Source: an uncultured delta proteobacterium (lineage in GTDB: Bacteria > Desulfobacterota > Binatia > UBA9968). From it: a stretch of 64,000 nucleotides of DNA. Location of the stretch: the NCBI GenBank assembly GCA_963745835.1, contig CAVUZH010000024.1:224001-288000 (forward strand), read 5' to 3'. The notes under the pieces are model-generated. The model ran no database searches, was not told the origin of the DNA, and worked only from the letters and a program-made list of their open reading frames with translations. The position numbers were made by a program, and so were the translations under genes. Positions 44,183 through 54,572 of this stretch are shown here, in pieces. The stretch's first letter is position 1. The number at the start of each line of letters is the position of its first letter.

Positions 44183-45061
44183 ATGAGTAATTACAAGAAC
44201 ATTCTTTATCAGAAGCAGCGCAAAGGTGTCCTGATCACGCTTGACCGCCCCAACGCTCTGAACGCGATGAATGAAGAATTGATGAACGAGCTCGATCAGG
44301 GATTGTCCGAAGCTGAGACCGATGCAGAGATCAGAGCGGTGGTCATCACCGGCGCGGACGGCGCGTTTTCGGTGGGCGAGGATATCAGCGGCGACGATCC
44401 GGAAACGGCCTGGCCTTATGGAATACCGGTCGGAACCTCGCTGAATGCAACGTACAACAAACTTCGTGATGCGGATCGGAAAGATATTTTGGGCCGGCAG
44501 CTTTACCGCTGGCAATATCCCAAGCCGATTATCGGCGCAGTGAGCGGCTGGTGCCTAGGCGCCGGCTCTTGGCTGGCGCTAACGTGCCATATCACGATTG
44601 CCGCTGACGACGCGGTGTTCGGCCAGCCGCAGGTAAGGCACGGCGCTAATACCGATTTTATTTGGGTCGCGCTTGCCGGATTCAAGAATGCTCTGCGCTA
44701 TTCACTGACCGGTGATCATGTCGATGCCAAAGAGGCCTTGCGCATCGGTTTAGTCAATCAGGTGGTAGCCAAAGATCAGCTGCTGGAGACTTGTTTTCAA
44801 TTTGTCGAACGCGTCGCCCACGTGCCGCCGGAGACCGTCAAAATCAATCTGCACATTTCAACCTTAGGCATGGAGATGATGGGCTTGCGCAAAGCCTGGA
44901 CGCTCAATGCCGAGCTCGCCGCGATGGCGCGCCTGACCAAACGGGAGGAATTCAACAAGCGGCTCGAAGACGCAAAGAAAAAAGGCGGACTCGCAGCCTT
45001 CTTGCAGGAACGTGACGCGCCGTTTCAGCCGGAGCCGTTTGGCCCTCACGCCAAGAAGTAA
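44183..45061 (+). CDS. Enoyl-CoA hydratase/isomerase (crotonase) family
   Basis: GAGGAG RBS, ITLDRPNALNA, FSVGED, GQPQVRHG. Confidence 0.9.
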   Translation: MSNYKNILYQKQRKGVLITLDRPNALNAMNEELMNELDQGLSEAETDAEIRAVVITGADGAFSVGEDISGDDPETAWPYGIPVGTSLNATYNKLRDADRKDILGRQLYRWQYPKPIIGAVSGWCLGAGSWLALTCHITIAADDAVFGQPQVRHGANTDFIWVALAGFKNALRYSLTGDHVDAKEALRIGLVNQVVAKDQLLETCFQFVERVAHVPPETVKINLHISTLGMEMMGLRKAWTLNAELAAMARLTKREEFNKRLEDAKKKGGLAAFLQERDAPFQPEPFGPHAKK

Positions 45062-45112
45062 GCGCTACGCCATCGTGTATGGTAAGCCCGATTGCAACTG
45101 CGCGGTAGTGGG

Positions 45113-45223
45113 CTAATATAGAAGCCCGTGTAGTAAATAGCCGATGTGAATACCGACGTACAAAATGCCGCCACAAGCAGCGACATCGATGAAGGCGTCG
45201 AGTAGACGTCTCAGAAACTTCAT
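45113..45223 (-). CDS. Putative 36-aa small membrane peptide
   Basis: MKFLRRLLDAFIDVAACGGILYVGIHIGYLLHGLLY; ATGA overlap with upstream ORF, AGGA upstream. Confidence 0.45.
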   Translation of the reverse strand: MKFLRRLLDAFIDVAACGGILYVGIHIGYLLHGLLY

Positions 45224-45348
45224 TCGATCCTACTCAGATTGAAGGGCCGTTGTACGTGCAGAGCAGCGGCAACATGGACGGAGCCGAGCCTGACGTCGCG
45301 GATACAAGCTGCTACTACTTTACCTCTGGCGGGCAGAGCGCGTTGCAT
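45220..45348 (-). CDS. Putative 42-aa small ORF
   Basis: GGGAGG RBS 4 nt before ATG (same spacing as 36607), TTGACT upstream. Confidence 0.3.
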   Translation of the reverse strand: MQRALPARGKVVAACIRDVRLGSVHVAAALHVQRPFNLSRIE

Positions 45349-45513
45349 GAAGCCTCCCGGTGCTGAATTGCGCAATGTATATCGGCACTGTTGATGGCAA
45401 GTCAAGGCTGCGCGCGCCCTCTGCCTGCTGTTCCTTCTTCGCCGGCAGCATTCTTGATAGTCCGCCGATTAGGTTGGTTATCGCTTACCTCTAAATTCTG
45501 CTGAACATGGTTT

Positions 45514-46557
45514 TCACTTCTTCGAAATCGACCGGGTTAGTTGCAGCCACTTATCTTCGGCATTCTCATACTCGGCGCTGCTCATGCCGCGTTCGGGATA
45601 TTCTCTTTTAAACGGATATTCTTTCCAGGCCACGCCATAGCGAAACTGCTCCATCAGTTTCTGCCCCTCAGCACCGATAATAAAATCAGTGAAAAGCAGC
45701 GCGGCGTGCGGATGCGGGGCGTTGGCGACGATAGCCGAGCCGCCGGCATTGGTCGGCACGCCATCGAGCGGAACCCAATCGACGGGCGCCTTCTTTTCTT
45801 TTTTGACCGTCACTTGGTTCTGAAACACGACAAACGATCCGGCCACTTCTCCGGCCGCGATTAGATCGAGAAACCCGGCGCTTGAAGCCTTGAACAATCT
45901 GATTTCCTGCGCTCTCAGACGTTTCACGAATTCTTCGCCCTTGTACTTGATCAAGGTGCCGACAACGCGGCTGGTCGAGCTTTCGGTCGTTACCGCGAGT
46001 TTTCCTTTGAGTTCCGGTCTTAGCAGATCTTGGAAATTTTTTGGTATTTCCGCCGGCGCAATCTGCCGAGTGTTGTAGCCGAATCCGAGGTAGGCTTCGC
46101 GGTCCGTGACCCAGTAGATGCGCGCCCCGTCAGCTTTGGTCTTTGCCTCATCGGGGTAACGCGACAGCTCGGGAGATGTGTAAGCTTTGAGAAGCCCCCT
46201 CTCGCGAAGCAACATCAAAAGACCTGGAGTGCTTTCCAACGCGTCGGCGACGTAGCGACCGGCTTGTGCTTCGTTGAGCAAGCGCGGCCCGAGGTCCGTA
46301 CTGCCGGCGCGATAAACTTCAACGGCAATATCGGGATACTTTCTTTTGAAAGCGTCTACCAATTCCCGGTAAACACCGGACAAAGAGGTGTACCAGACGA
46401 CCTTACCCTCAGCTTTAGCGCCGTCGAGAAGAATCTGGTGGCGATCCGCGCCGGCGTAGGCGACCAGCTCGTCCAATGTCCTCGGTTTCTTGGTTTGTCC
46501 CCAACCGAAAGAACTCATCGTCGCAAGAATCAACAAAGCAAGACTCAAGACTTTCAT
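45514..46557 (-). CDS. Fe3+/thiamine-type extracellular solute-binding protein
   Basis: GAGGAGG RBS, signal peptide, GAKAEGKVVWYTSL, APHPHAALLFTDF. Confidence 0.85.
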   Translation of the reverse strand: MKVLSLALLILATMSSFGWGQTKKPRTLDELVAYAGADRHQILLDGAKAEGKVVWYTSLSGVYRELVDAFKRKYPDIAVEVYRAGSTDLGPRLLNEAQAGRYVADALESTPGLLMLLRERGLLKAYTSPELSRYPDEAKTKADGARIYWVTDREAYLGFGYNTRQIAPAEIPKNFQDLLRPELKGKLAVTTESSTSRVVGTLIKYKGEEFVKRLRAQEIRLFKASSAGFLDLIAAGEVAGSFVVFQNQVTVKKEKKAPVDWVPLDGVPTNAGGSAIVANAPHPHAALLFTDFIIGAEGQKLMEQFRYGVAWKEYPFKREYPERGMSSAEYENAEDKWLQLTRSISKK

Positions 46558-46759
46558 TTCGTTCCTCCTCGCGTTCTCTCCGGTTGCAGCATTGGCTTCT
46601 CTTGGCCGGGTTATCACGTTTGCAAGAAGTCGATCAAGCATCGAGCAAAAAAAGAATCGGCACATTGACAGCCAAGACGGATTCGGACTATGACGGCGAG
46701 AGACGATTACAATAGAGGGAAGCGCGAACGGCAAGCAAAATTGCGACGGGAGACAACCT

Positions 46760-48423
46760 ATGCTCGGCGGTCATGCGGTAGCTCAATGTTTGCGTAACGA
46801 AGGCGTGAAGCATGTTTTCAGCGTGCCCGGCGAAAGTTACATCGCCGTGGTCGATGGGCTGGTGAACTTTCCCGAGATCAAGCTCATCACCAATCGCCAG
46901 GAAGGCTGCGCCGCATTTATGGCCGAAGGCTATGCCAAAGCCACGCGCACGCCGGGCGTTTGCATCGTCACCCGCGGCCCAGGCGCGACCAACGCGAGCA
47001 TCGCCGTCCACAGCGCCAAATACGATTCCGCTCCGCTCGTGCTCTTGGTCGGACAAGTCGGCCGGGCCGCGCGCGGACGAGAAGCGGGCCAAGAGATCGA
47101 CTACGGTCAATTCTTCGGCAGCATCGCCAAGTGGGTGATCGAGATCAACGATCCGAAACAGATTCCACGGATGATGGGCCGCGCCTTTCACCTCGCGCGC
47201 ACCGGCCGGCCGGGCCCGGTGGTGGTGGCACTGCCGCGCGATGTGATCGAGGAAAACGCTGAGATCACGATGATGGATCCGTTTCCCGCGATCCAACCCA
47301 ATGCCGGCCGGGCGCGCCATCGAAACCCTGGTCGGGCGCATCAACGCGGCGCGCAAACCGGTGCTCTTGCCGGTTCAGGAACTCAGTATAGCCGCGCCTG
47401 GCAAGAGCTGATCGACTTTGCCGAAAAATTTCAGCTGCCGGTCCTCACCTCGTACAAACGCCAGGATGCATTTCCCAACAGTCATCCTAATTATGCCGGT
47501 AATCTGTTGACGTCGAATAAGAACACGCGCAAAACCTCGCCTACGAGGAAAGCGACCTTTTGATCGTGCTCGGTTGCCGCCTCAACCAACAGACCACCGC
47601 CGGTTTCACTCTTCCCCGCCCGGGCCAAGCCGTTTGTCCATATCGACGCGGATGAAGGAATATCGGCCAGAACTCACGGCCGGAGGTAGGCATCGTCGCC
47701 GATGCCAAACAGCGTTCTATTGGCAGCGCTGAAACATCCGGCGCCGCGCCCCAACGAGAGCCGCGCTGCGTGGATTGCTGAGCAGCATGCGGCGCAAAAG
47801 GAGTTCTGCACTCCCGAAGAAGCGTCCGACGCCAAAGGTTTCCATGGAGCGGGTAATGAAGGATCTCAAATCTGCCATGCCCGCCGATGCGATCACAACA
47901 ACAGATGCCGGCAGCTTCGGCCAATGGCCAGCAGCGCTATCTCGAGTTCGATCATCCCGACTCTTACATCTCGCCGACTCTGGGCTGCATGGGACCGGGC
48001 GTCCCATCGGCCGTCGCCGCCAAGCTGGCGCATCCCAACCGCACGGTCATCGCCCACATCGGCGATGGCGGCTTTCTCATGACCGGCCAAGAGATGGCGA
48101 CCGCGAAACAGTTTGGCGCGCATATCATCTCCATCGTCTACAACAACGAAGGTTACAACTCGATTCGCATGCACCAGGAAGCGCAATATCCGGGCCGCCA
48201 GCATGGCATGGCGTTGGAGAACCCGGACTTCGCGCTAATGGGCGAAGTCTTACGGCGCGCTCGGATTGAAGGTCACGCGCGACGAGGAATTCTTGCCGGC
48301 ATTCAAAAAAGCTATGGCGGCCAATCGCTCTGCGTTGATCGAGGTGCAGACGGATTACGAATACGTCACGCCAACGGCGAACACTGTCGGAACTGCGCCG
48401 GCAAAACACTGCAGGGAGAGTAG
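46760..48423 (+). pseudogene. TPP-binding enzyme (acetolactate synthase-like) with many frameshifts
   Basis: VPGESY, RQEGCAAFMAEG, TRGPGATN, GDGGFLM...YNN TPP motif in separate frames; may be assembly error. Confidence 0.8.
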
Positions 48424-48594
48424 TTCTGAATCGACTTCGAGCGTCACGCCCTGAATGTCTTTATCGGAGTGTCTGACCATCGGAATTTAGCCTGGATTCC
48501 CGATGTCGAAACAGTGCGGCGAATGACGACTTCTAACAACCATATCAGCGATCACGAAGATCCGATCCGAAGAACCACAAAGGAGGCGAGAAAA

Positions 48595-49643
48595 ATGAAG
48601 GTCACGAAGCTTATTCATTTTGGTTCTTCTATTTCTGTCAAGCGGAGCATGGGGACAAGCCCGCAAGCCGGCATCCATCGCCGAGCTGGTAACCTACCGG
48701 GCCCCGGACCGTGAAGCGATTCTCTATGCGGGAGCGAAGAGCGAAGGAAAAATAATCTGGTACACCTCTCTCGCCGGCGATTCCTACAAAGAGCTGGTTA
48801 GAGCGTTCGAGGCCAAGTATCCCGGCATCAAGGTGGACTCTTATCGCGCCGCAGGGAGCCGACTTGGTCGTGCGCTTGCAGGAAGAGGCCAGAGCGCGGC
48901 GCAACATCGCAGACACGATAGAGACCACCGAAGGAAGCCTCATATTCCTGCGCGACGAAAAATTACTCCGTCCCTACGACTCACCCTATCTGGATAACTA
49001 TCCCGAAGACGGCAAGGAACGCGCGGATAAGAATCTTGTCTATTGGGCGCTCGCGCGCGAATCGTATATTGGATTTACCTATAACAAAACGCTAGTGCCA
49101 AAAGACGCCGTGCCGAAGAACTTCGAGGGTCTCTTCCATCCGCAGCTCAAAGGCAAGATGGGTATCAGCATTGGCCAGACCAGCGACAAGATCATCGGCG
49201 CCATGATCAAATCTAAAGGCGAAGAAATGGTGCGGAAGCTCAAAGGTCAGGAGATCAAACTCTACTCCATCGATGCCCCCGCGCTTGTCCATACCATCAC
49301 AGCCGGCGAGATCGCCGCATCACCGGCGATATTTCAGACCCACACCCTATCGGCGGCCTCTAAAGGAGCGCCGGTGGAGTGGGTACCGATGGATTTGGTT
49401 CCTACCAATGTCGGCAGCGCCGCGATTGCCGCCAATCCGCCGCATCCTCATGCCGCGCTGCTGATGGCGGATTTTCTGTTAAGCCCTGCGGGCCAGCAAG
49501 TCTTGGAAAAATATTATTACGGCAGCGGCGCCAAAGACTATGGATTTAAAAAATGGCGCCCGGAGCATGGGCTGACTACGGAGCAGTACGAAAAGGATCT
49601 GGAGCGGTGGGACAAACTTTTGAACGCGATCACACGCAAGTGA
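48595..49643 (+). CDS. Fe3+-type solute-binding protein, frameshifted; paralog of 45514
   Basis: GAKSEGKIIWYTSL, PPHPHAALLMADF; frame breaks near 48620 and 48860. Confidence 0.8.
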
Positions 49644-49666
49644 GCGATGCAGAACAACTGAATCTA

Positions 49667-49947
49667 ACCACGAAGTGTGTCATGAGCTTAGCCCCGCCCA
49701 CAGAGAATCAAAATGGAGTACGTCTTGTACGAGAACCACGGTCCTTCAAGCCGCTAATTCTCGGGCGAGTCTGTCATTCCCGCATGCTTCTAGCGGGAAT
49801 CCAGGCGGAATTCGGACTGGACCCCCGATTAAAACATTCGGGGGTGACGATCCTGGGGAGTCGCATCTCTTCACCTCAGCCGCAATTTTCGAAGGAGGTC
49901 ACGAGGTTTAAGAATTCGAATATTCGAACCTCTGTGGACTTCGTGGT
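49667..49947. repeat. Nested palindromic repeat elements (REP/MITE-like)
   Basis: Outer ACCACGAAG/CTTCGTGGT; inner GTCATTCCCGC...GCGGGAATCCAG...CTGGACCCCCG...CGGGGGTGAC at 49773-49848. Confidence 0.75.
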
Positions 49948-50038
49948 GAACGCTTTTTCTACTTGAATCCGGGTATGCGGGCGAGGTTTTCTTCAGAGAT
50001 ATTCTGCCAATGAGACACGATTTTTACGGAGGCATCAA

Positions 50039-51124
50039 ATGAACGGTCTACGAATTATTGACGCCGACGGACATGTGCAGGAACGGGATGCTGATTGGCA
50101 GGAACTATTGGACCCGCCCTATAGAAAGCATGCGCCAAAGATGGTCACCGGACCTGACGGCAAGGAACAACTGCTCCTCGAAGGAAAAATTTGGGCGAAG
50201 CCTTCTGGAGTGGGACTAGGCATCGGCACGGCGCCATATAGTCGCAGGCCGCAGAAAACCACCGGGATGTTCGACCCGGTCCGGCGTCTGCAGGATATGG
50301 ATCTCGAAGGCATCGACACGGCGGTTAATTTCGGCACGACGGTTTTTCTAAGCTTACCCTTTCTCGAAGATCACGATCTGGCCTGCGCGGTCGCCCACGG
50401 CTATAACACCTGGCTCGACCGCTACTGCAAAACCAGCCCGCAACGATTGAAAGGCATCGCCTTGGTGGCAATGCAGGAGCCGAAGGAAGCGGTGAAGGAG
50501 CTGGAACGCTGTGTAAAACAGCTGGGCTTCGTCGGCGTCGCCACTTCAGCGCACTCAGCGGGACGCAATTTGGATCATCCCGACTTCTATCCATTCTACG
50601 CCAAGGCGCAGGAACTCGGCGTCCCGGTATGCGTGCATGTCGGTTCCGGCAGGCCGGCGGCCGCCGCCGAGCGCTTCAACAATGCCTTCTTCGTGCATGC
50701 AACGACGCATGCCTTCGAGCAAATGATCGGCGTCATGTGCATCGTCGGCGGCGGGATACTGGAGCTCTATCCCAAACTGAAAGTAGCCTTTCTTGAAGCG
50801 GGCGCCGGTTGGGTACCGTACTGGATGGAGCGTCTGGACGAACACTACGAGTATCTCCAGCCGACCGTGCCGCTGATGAAAAGGCCGCCAAGCGAATACA
50901 TGCGCAGCGAGCAGGTCTATTATTCATTCGAGCCCGACGAGCACACTTTGAACTTCGTCATGAACTATGTCGGTGAAGATCGCCTGGTCTTTGCCTCCGA
51001 CTATAATCACGGCGACAGCAAATTTCCCCAGACCGTCGCATCCGTGACCGAGCGCAAGGATCTGAGCACGGGTCAATTACGCAAATTGATGCACGACAAC
51101 GCGGCGCGCCTATACAACATCTGA
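50039..51124 (+). CDS. Amidohydrolase family protein (Amidohydro_2)
   Basis: IIDADGHV, DMDLEGID, VCVH, FLEAGAGW, FASDYNH. Confidence 0.9.
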   Translation: MNGLRIIDADGHVQERDADWQELLDPPYRKHAPKMVTGPDGKEQLLLEGKIWAKPSGVGLGIGTAPYSRRPQKTTGMFDPVRRLQDMDLEGIDTAVNFGTTVFLSLPFLEDHDLACAVAHGYNTWLDRYCKTSPQRLKGIALVAMQEPKEAVKELERCVKQLGFVGVATSAHSAGRNLDHPDFYPFYAKAQELGVPVCVHVGSGRPAAAAERFNNAFFVHATTHAFEQMIGVMCIVGGGILELYPKLKVAFLEAGAGWVPYWMERLDEHYEYLQPTVPLMKRPPSEYMRSEQVYYSFEPDEHTLNFVMNYVGEDRLVFASDYNHGDSKFPQTVASVTERKDLSTGQLRKLMHDNAARLYNI

Positions 51125-51154
51125 AAATAAAGTCAGTCAGCATGAGGCATCAGA

Positions 51155-51312
51155 CTAACATGCTGCTGAAAAGGCTCTTGCAGGCTGCTCAAAAAGATCC
51201 AGAGGCGAGGCGCGCGAAAAATCGACGAGCGGAGGCGTACAGCGGCAGTACGTTGACGCGAGGTGATTGAGCAGCAACGAAGCATATGGGTCTTTTTCAG
51301 CAAGCCTGCTAG
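51155..51312. mobile_element. MITE-like non-autonomous element
   Basis: Inverted repeats GCAGGCTGCTCAAAAAGATCCA / TGGGTCTTTTTCAGCAAGCCTGC, second outer left end CTAACATGCTGCTGAAAA, CTAG at right end. Confidence 0.75.
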
Positions 51313-51336
51313 GCAATAAAACGAATGGAGGCGTAA

Positions 51337-52347
51337 ATGTTTCTTATGCACAGTTTGAAACTCGTCTGCCTAACAATTGCTTTGTTGCTGCTATCGCCGT
51401 CTGTATCGCCGGCGCAAGAAAAAGGCTTCAAAAAATTCCACTGGGGCGTCACATCTCTGTCCGCTTCCCAGTGGATCCCGTGGATCGCGAAGGAAGCGAA
51501 GTTATACGAAAAATATGGAATGGAAGCCGAGCTGGTGTTATTGCGTGGCTCGGGTCAGTCCGCCCAGGCGATCATCGGCGGCAGCATTCTCGGCGCGCCC
51601 TGCACATTGACCACGGTCATGGGCGCCAACCTGAGCGGCGCAGATCTCGTCACCGTAGCGCACACGGTAGCGGGCGTGCAAAGTAAATTGCTGGTTCGCC
51701 CGGATATCAAAAAGCCCGACGACCTGCGCGGCAAGAGAATTGCGGTTTCAGGATTTGGCTCGCTGGGAGATTTCCTCGAGCGTTACATCATCAAAAAACA
51801 CGGCATGGACCCGGTCAAAGACGTGATTCTTCTCTCGATCGGCAACCAACCCGATCGGATTCAAGCTTTATATAACGGCGTGGTCGACGCGGCCGACCTT
51901 TCTCATCCCGCTGATGTTCAAGCCGAGCGAAAAGGGTATCGCGTCTTGTGGGATGCCAAACAGGAGGTCAGCTATCCGTCGATGTCGATCGTCACTCGGC
52001 GCAAACATACCGTCGATGATCGCGACAGCGTCATGCGCATGGTCAAAGCCCATGTCGAAGGCATCCACCTTTTGAAGAGCAATAAAGAGTTAAGTCTCAA
52101 AGTGCTAAGTAAATACCTGAAAACCAACGATCGCGAATTGCTCGAAGGCTCGTACGAGATCTATCGGGAGTCTTTTATCTCGGTCCCCTACCCGATCACT
52201 CAAGGCTTGCAGCCGACTTATGAATACGTGGCGCAACAGCGCCCGGATGTCTGGAACCACAAGCCCGAAGCGTTTATGGATGCAAGCTTCATCGCCGAGC
52301 TGGAAAAAACCGGCTTCATAAAAAACCTGAGCGCGGGTGCTCGATAG
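51337..52347 (+). CDS. ABC substrate-binding protein (SsuA/NMT1-like)
   Basis: GGAGG RBS, signal peptide, LYEKYGMEAE, DLRGKRIAVSGFGS. Confidence 0.88.
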   Translation: MFLMHSLKLVCLTIALLLLSPSVSPAQEKGFKKFHWGVTSLSASQWIPWIAKEAKLYEKYGMEAELVLLRGSGQSAQAIIGGSILGAPCTLTTVMGANLSGADLVTVAHTVAGVQSKLLVRPDIKKPDDLRGKRIAVSGFGSLGDFLERYIIKKHGMDPVKDVILLSIGNQPDRIQALYNGVVDAADLSHPADVQAERKGYRVLWDAKQEVSYPSMSIVTRRKHTVDDRDSVMRMVKAHVEGIHLLKSNKELSLKVLSKYLKTNDRELLEGSYEIYRESFISVPYPITQGLQPTYEYVAQQRPDVWNHKPEAFMDASFIAELEKTGFIKNLSAGAR

Positions 52348-52367
52348 ATTAAGAATCATCCCCAAGC
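52301..52367 (+). repeat. Direct repeat copy 1 (3' end of SBP gene)
   Basis: TGGAAAAAACCGGCTTCATAAAAAACCTGAGCGCGG...AGATTAAGAATCATC recurs at 54573-54654. Confidence 0.9.
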
Positions 52368-52769
52368 GACTGCCCGCGCCCTCTGCGGGATAGCTGGATC
52401 CAAGCTAAAGCATCGATTCAGCTCGTGTGAAAAGCCCGAACTATCCAGCAGCGATAGAGGCAAGCAGAGCTAATGGGCTGTCTGATCGAAGAAGCGAAAG
52501 ATAAGGCCGCTAAGTGGATCGCGATGCGGGTAATTATCGCCGATAAAATAGCCGGCAAGTTCACTGCAACTCTGCAATCCGGTAAAGACATACTTAGATG
52601 TATTGGGAATGAAATGGGAAACTCGCTGCGAATTACTTTCACAGCGGTGCCGCGATCGTGGTAGCACGGTCAAGGATCTCCGGCGAGCGCCGTTGCAGGG
52701 ATCGCAGCCTCAGACGGCCGGCAATGGCGTTGACGTGGCGGTTATAAGAGCGGCTTTGGTCTGTCGCCG

Positions 52770-52973
52770 CTAGACCTGGCTTTCCGCTTGCAGTTTCAGA
52801 GCGTCATCTATCTGGGTGTGACCGTCACGTATGGCTAGGCAAACCGCAACGCATGGAGCTCGGCTATCACCGGGTCGCTTGGAAATTCTTTCCCGATAAG
52901 ATCGACGATTTTGTAACTTTTGATCGGGAATCTTTGCCTCACGAGCAACCGACTGATAATCGAAATATTTCAT
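52770..52973 (-). pseudogene. Small hypothetical protein, frameshifted
   Basis: MKYFDYQSVAREAKIPDQKL...CLAIRDGHTQIDDALKLQAESQV; its 3' end is duplicated at 54081-54132. Confidence 0.55.
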
Positions 52974-53088
52974 CAATCGCTCAAGTGGTGCTCGTCCTAG
53001 AATTCCCCTATTTGCACGGTAGGAGCGAGTCTTTGAGACCGAAGTTTGATGTTGTCGATTGGTCCTCCCCATTGCCTCGACTTCCGCG

Positions 53089-53501
53089 TTAGCGTTTGCG
53101 CAGGTCCGTTTCTTTAAGGCCATTACTCAACAAGTAGCGCTTGATTCGTTTAAGGAAGTTCCCGGTTCGCCGGCACTCGCTGCTCGCGTCATTTTGGAAA
53201 AAATAGTTTCCACGTCGTAGTCGGCTGCCAAGCGGTGGTCAAGGCTCTCCGTGAGATAAGCCGACCATTCGGGTTCTATTTCCCCGGTCTTAACAAGATG
53301 CAGACCGAACATCCGCCGAACCGCGGGATGGCTTTCTGCAACGATGTCATGAACGTGCAGCGCGGCTTTCGCCGCGTGCAGAATGGAGTAATAGGCCCGT
53401 GATATTGCATCGGCGTACAGGCCATCACGGGTTAGAGTCTCCGCCGCTTGCAACGATTGCCGAGCGCGATTCCACTCCGCCGATACCAGGTTTCGGTTCA
53501 T
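53089..53501 (-). CDS. HEPN domain protein (UPF0332-like), C-terminal frameshift
   Basis: AISRAYYSILHAAKA, SHPAV, RLAADY; ATGA-coupled to upstream MNT. Confidence 0.85.
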
Positions 53502-53831
53502 ACGACCCGCAGGGCATCACGCTCTACCGCCTTGCGGAAGCTCGAGCCGTTTCGCTTCCGGCTTTCCCATTCTTCCTCAGTGTAAGCGAGAATGGAGGGC
53601 AAGACCTCAGTCTTTGCAGCCAGCAAGTAACCGATGCGCCGCAGCTCTCTCTTACGCGCTCCAGCGTCGTTCTTGACGATTAAGATCACATCCACATCGC
53701 TTTCGGCGTGCGCTTGTCCACGGGCTTTCGATCCGTAGATGAGCATTTCTTGAACGTCCTGGATGCTTCTTGCTAAGAGCTTCCCGATACGCATCAAGCC
53801 ACGCCTGTTCTTCCGACAAAAGTTGGAGCAT
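53498..53831 (-). CDS. Minimal nucleotidyltransferase (MNT), frameshifted near the N-terminus
   Basis: GGAGGT RBS, MLQLLSEEQAWLDAYREAL then IYGSKARG...SDVDV. Confidence 0.82.
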
Positions 53832-54132
53832 CGATTATTTTACCTCCGGTCGAGCATCGCTTCCGTTCCTCGTTGGCAAAAATTTCGTTTGATCACCGTC
53901 CGTTGGAATCAAATCCATCTGTCGTTTCGGCGGTCGAGCCTGCACATTCTCTACCTTTAGACTGTATTCGTCCTTGCCCCACTCGCACGGTGATAGCATG
54001 GCTCTTGGAATTTTCTTAACGGTGAGATTACCGTAGCCATCCTTACGACCACGAAACCCGTTGCTCTGTCCCCTTACATCGGCTTTCCGCTTGCAGCTTT
54101 AGAGCGTCATCTAGCTGGATGTGACCGTCACG

Positions 54133-54169
54133 CTAGAATATCGTGTAGACGTTCCTTGGGGTCCCTCAC
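54133..54169 (-). pseudogene. Truncated N-terminus of a DUF86/HepT-like toxin
   Basis: GTGA overlap with MNT stop; MRDPKERLHDIL then break. Confidence 0.55.
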
Positions 54170-54453
54170 AACAGCTCAGCCTCTCTTAGGACACGATCGC
54201 GGATCCGCGGCTTAAGCCCCTGCTCGGTTACAACATCGACTTGCAGTCCGAGCAAATCCCGCAAATCCATCAACAAGGCGCCCAAATCGAATAATGTGCG
54301 GCCCGGTTCCATATCGACGAGGAAGTCCACGTCGCTGTCCGATCTAGCTTCGCCTCGAGCCACCGAGCCAAAAATCCGAATGTTGCGAGCTCCGTGCTTG
54401 GCGGCGATTTTTAGGATGTCTTTCCTTTTTTCCAAGAGTGCAACCGTATCCAT
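54166..54453 (-). CDS. Minimal nucleotidyltransferase (MntA-like antitoxin)
   Basis: IFGSVARGEARSDSDVDFLVD, VDVVTEQGL; 95 aa. Confidence 0.9.
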   Translation of the reverse strand: MDTVALLEKRKDILKIAAKHGARNIRIFGSVARGEARSDSDVDFLVDMEPGRTLFDLGALLMDLRDLLGLQVDVVTEQGLKPRIRDRVLREAELL

Positions 54454-54572
54454 TTTTTCACCTTCGCTAGGGCTTCTGTTGATTGTATCCCCTCGGAGCC
54501 CTGATTTGCCAGCATAAGAGTTCGGCGCCGGCAAGATCCGGGCCCGAGTTGGATACGTTGCGCCGGAAAGCG

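Noticed and set aside
52390-52700. Short ORFs inside the islet
   Set aside because: No RBS or recognisable motif on either strand
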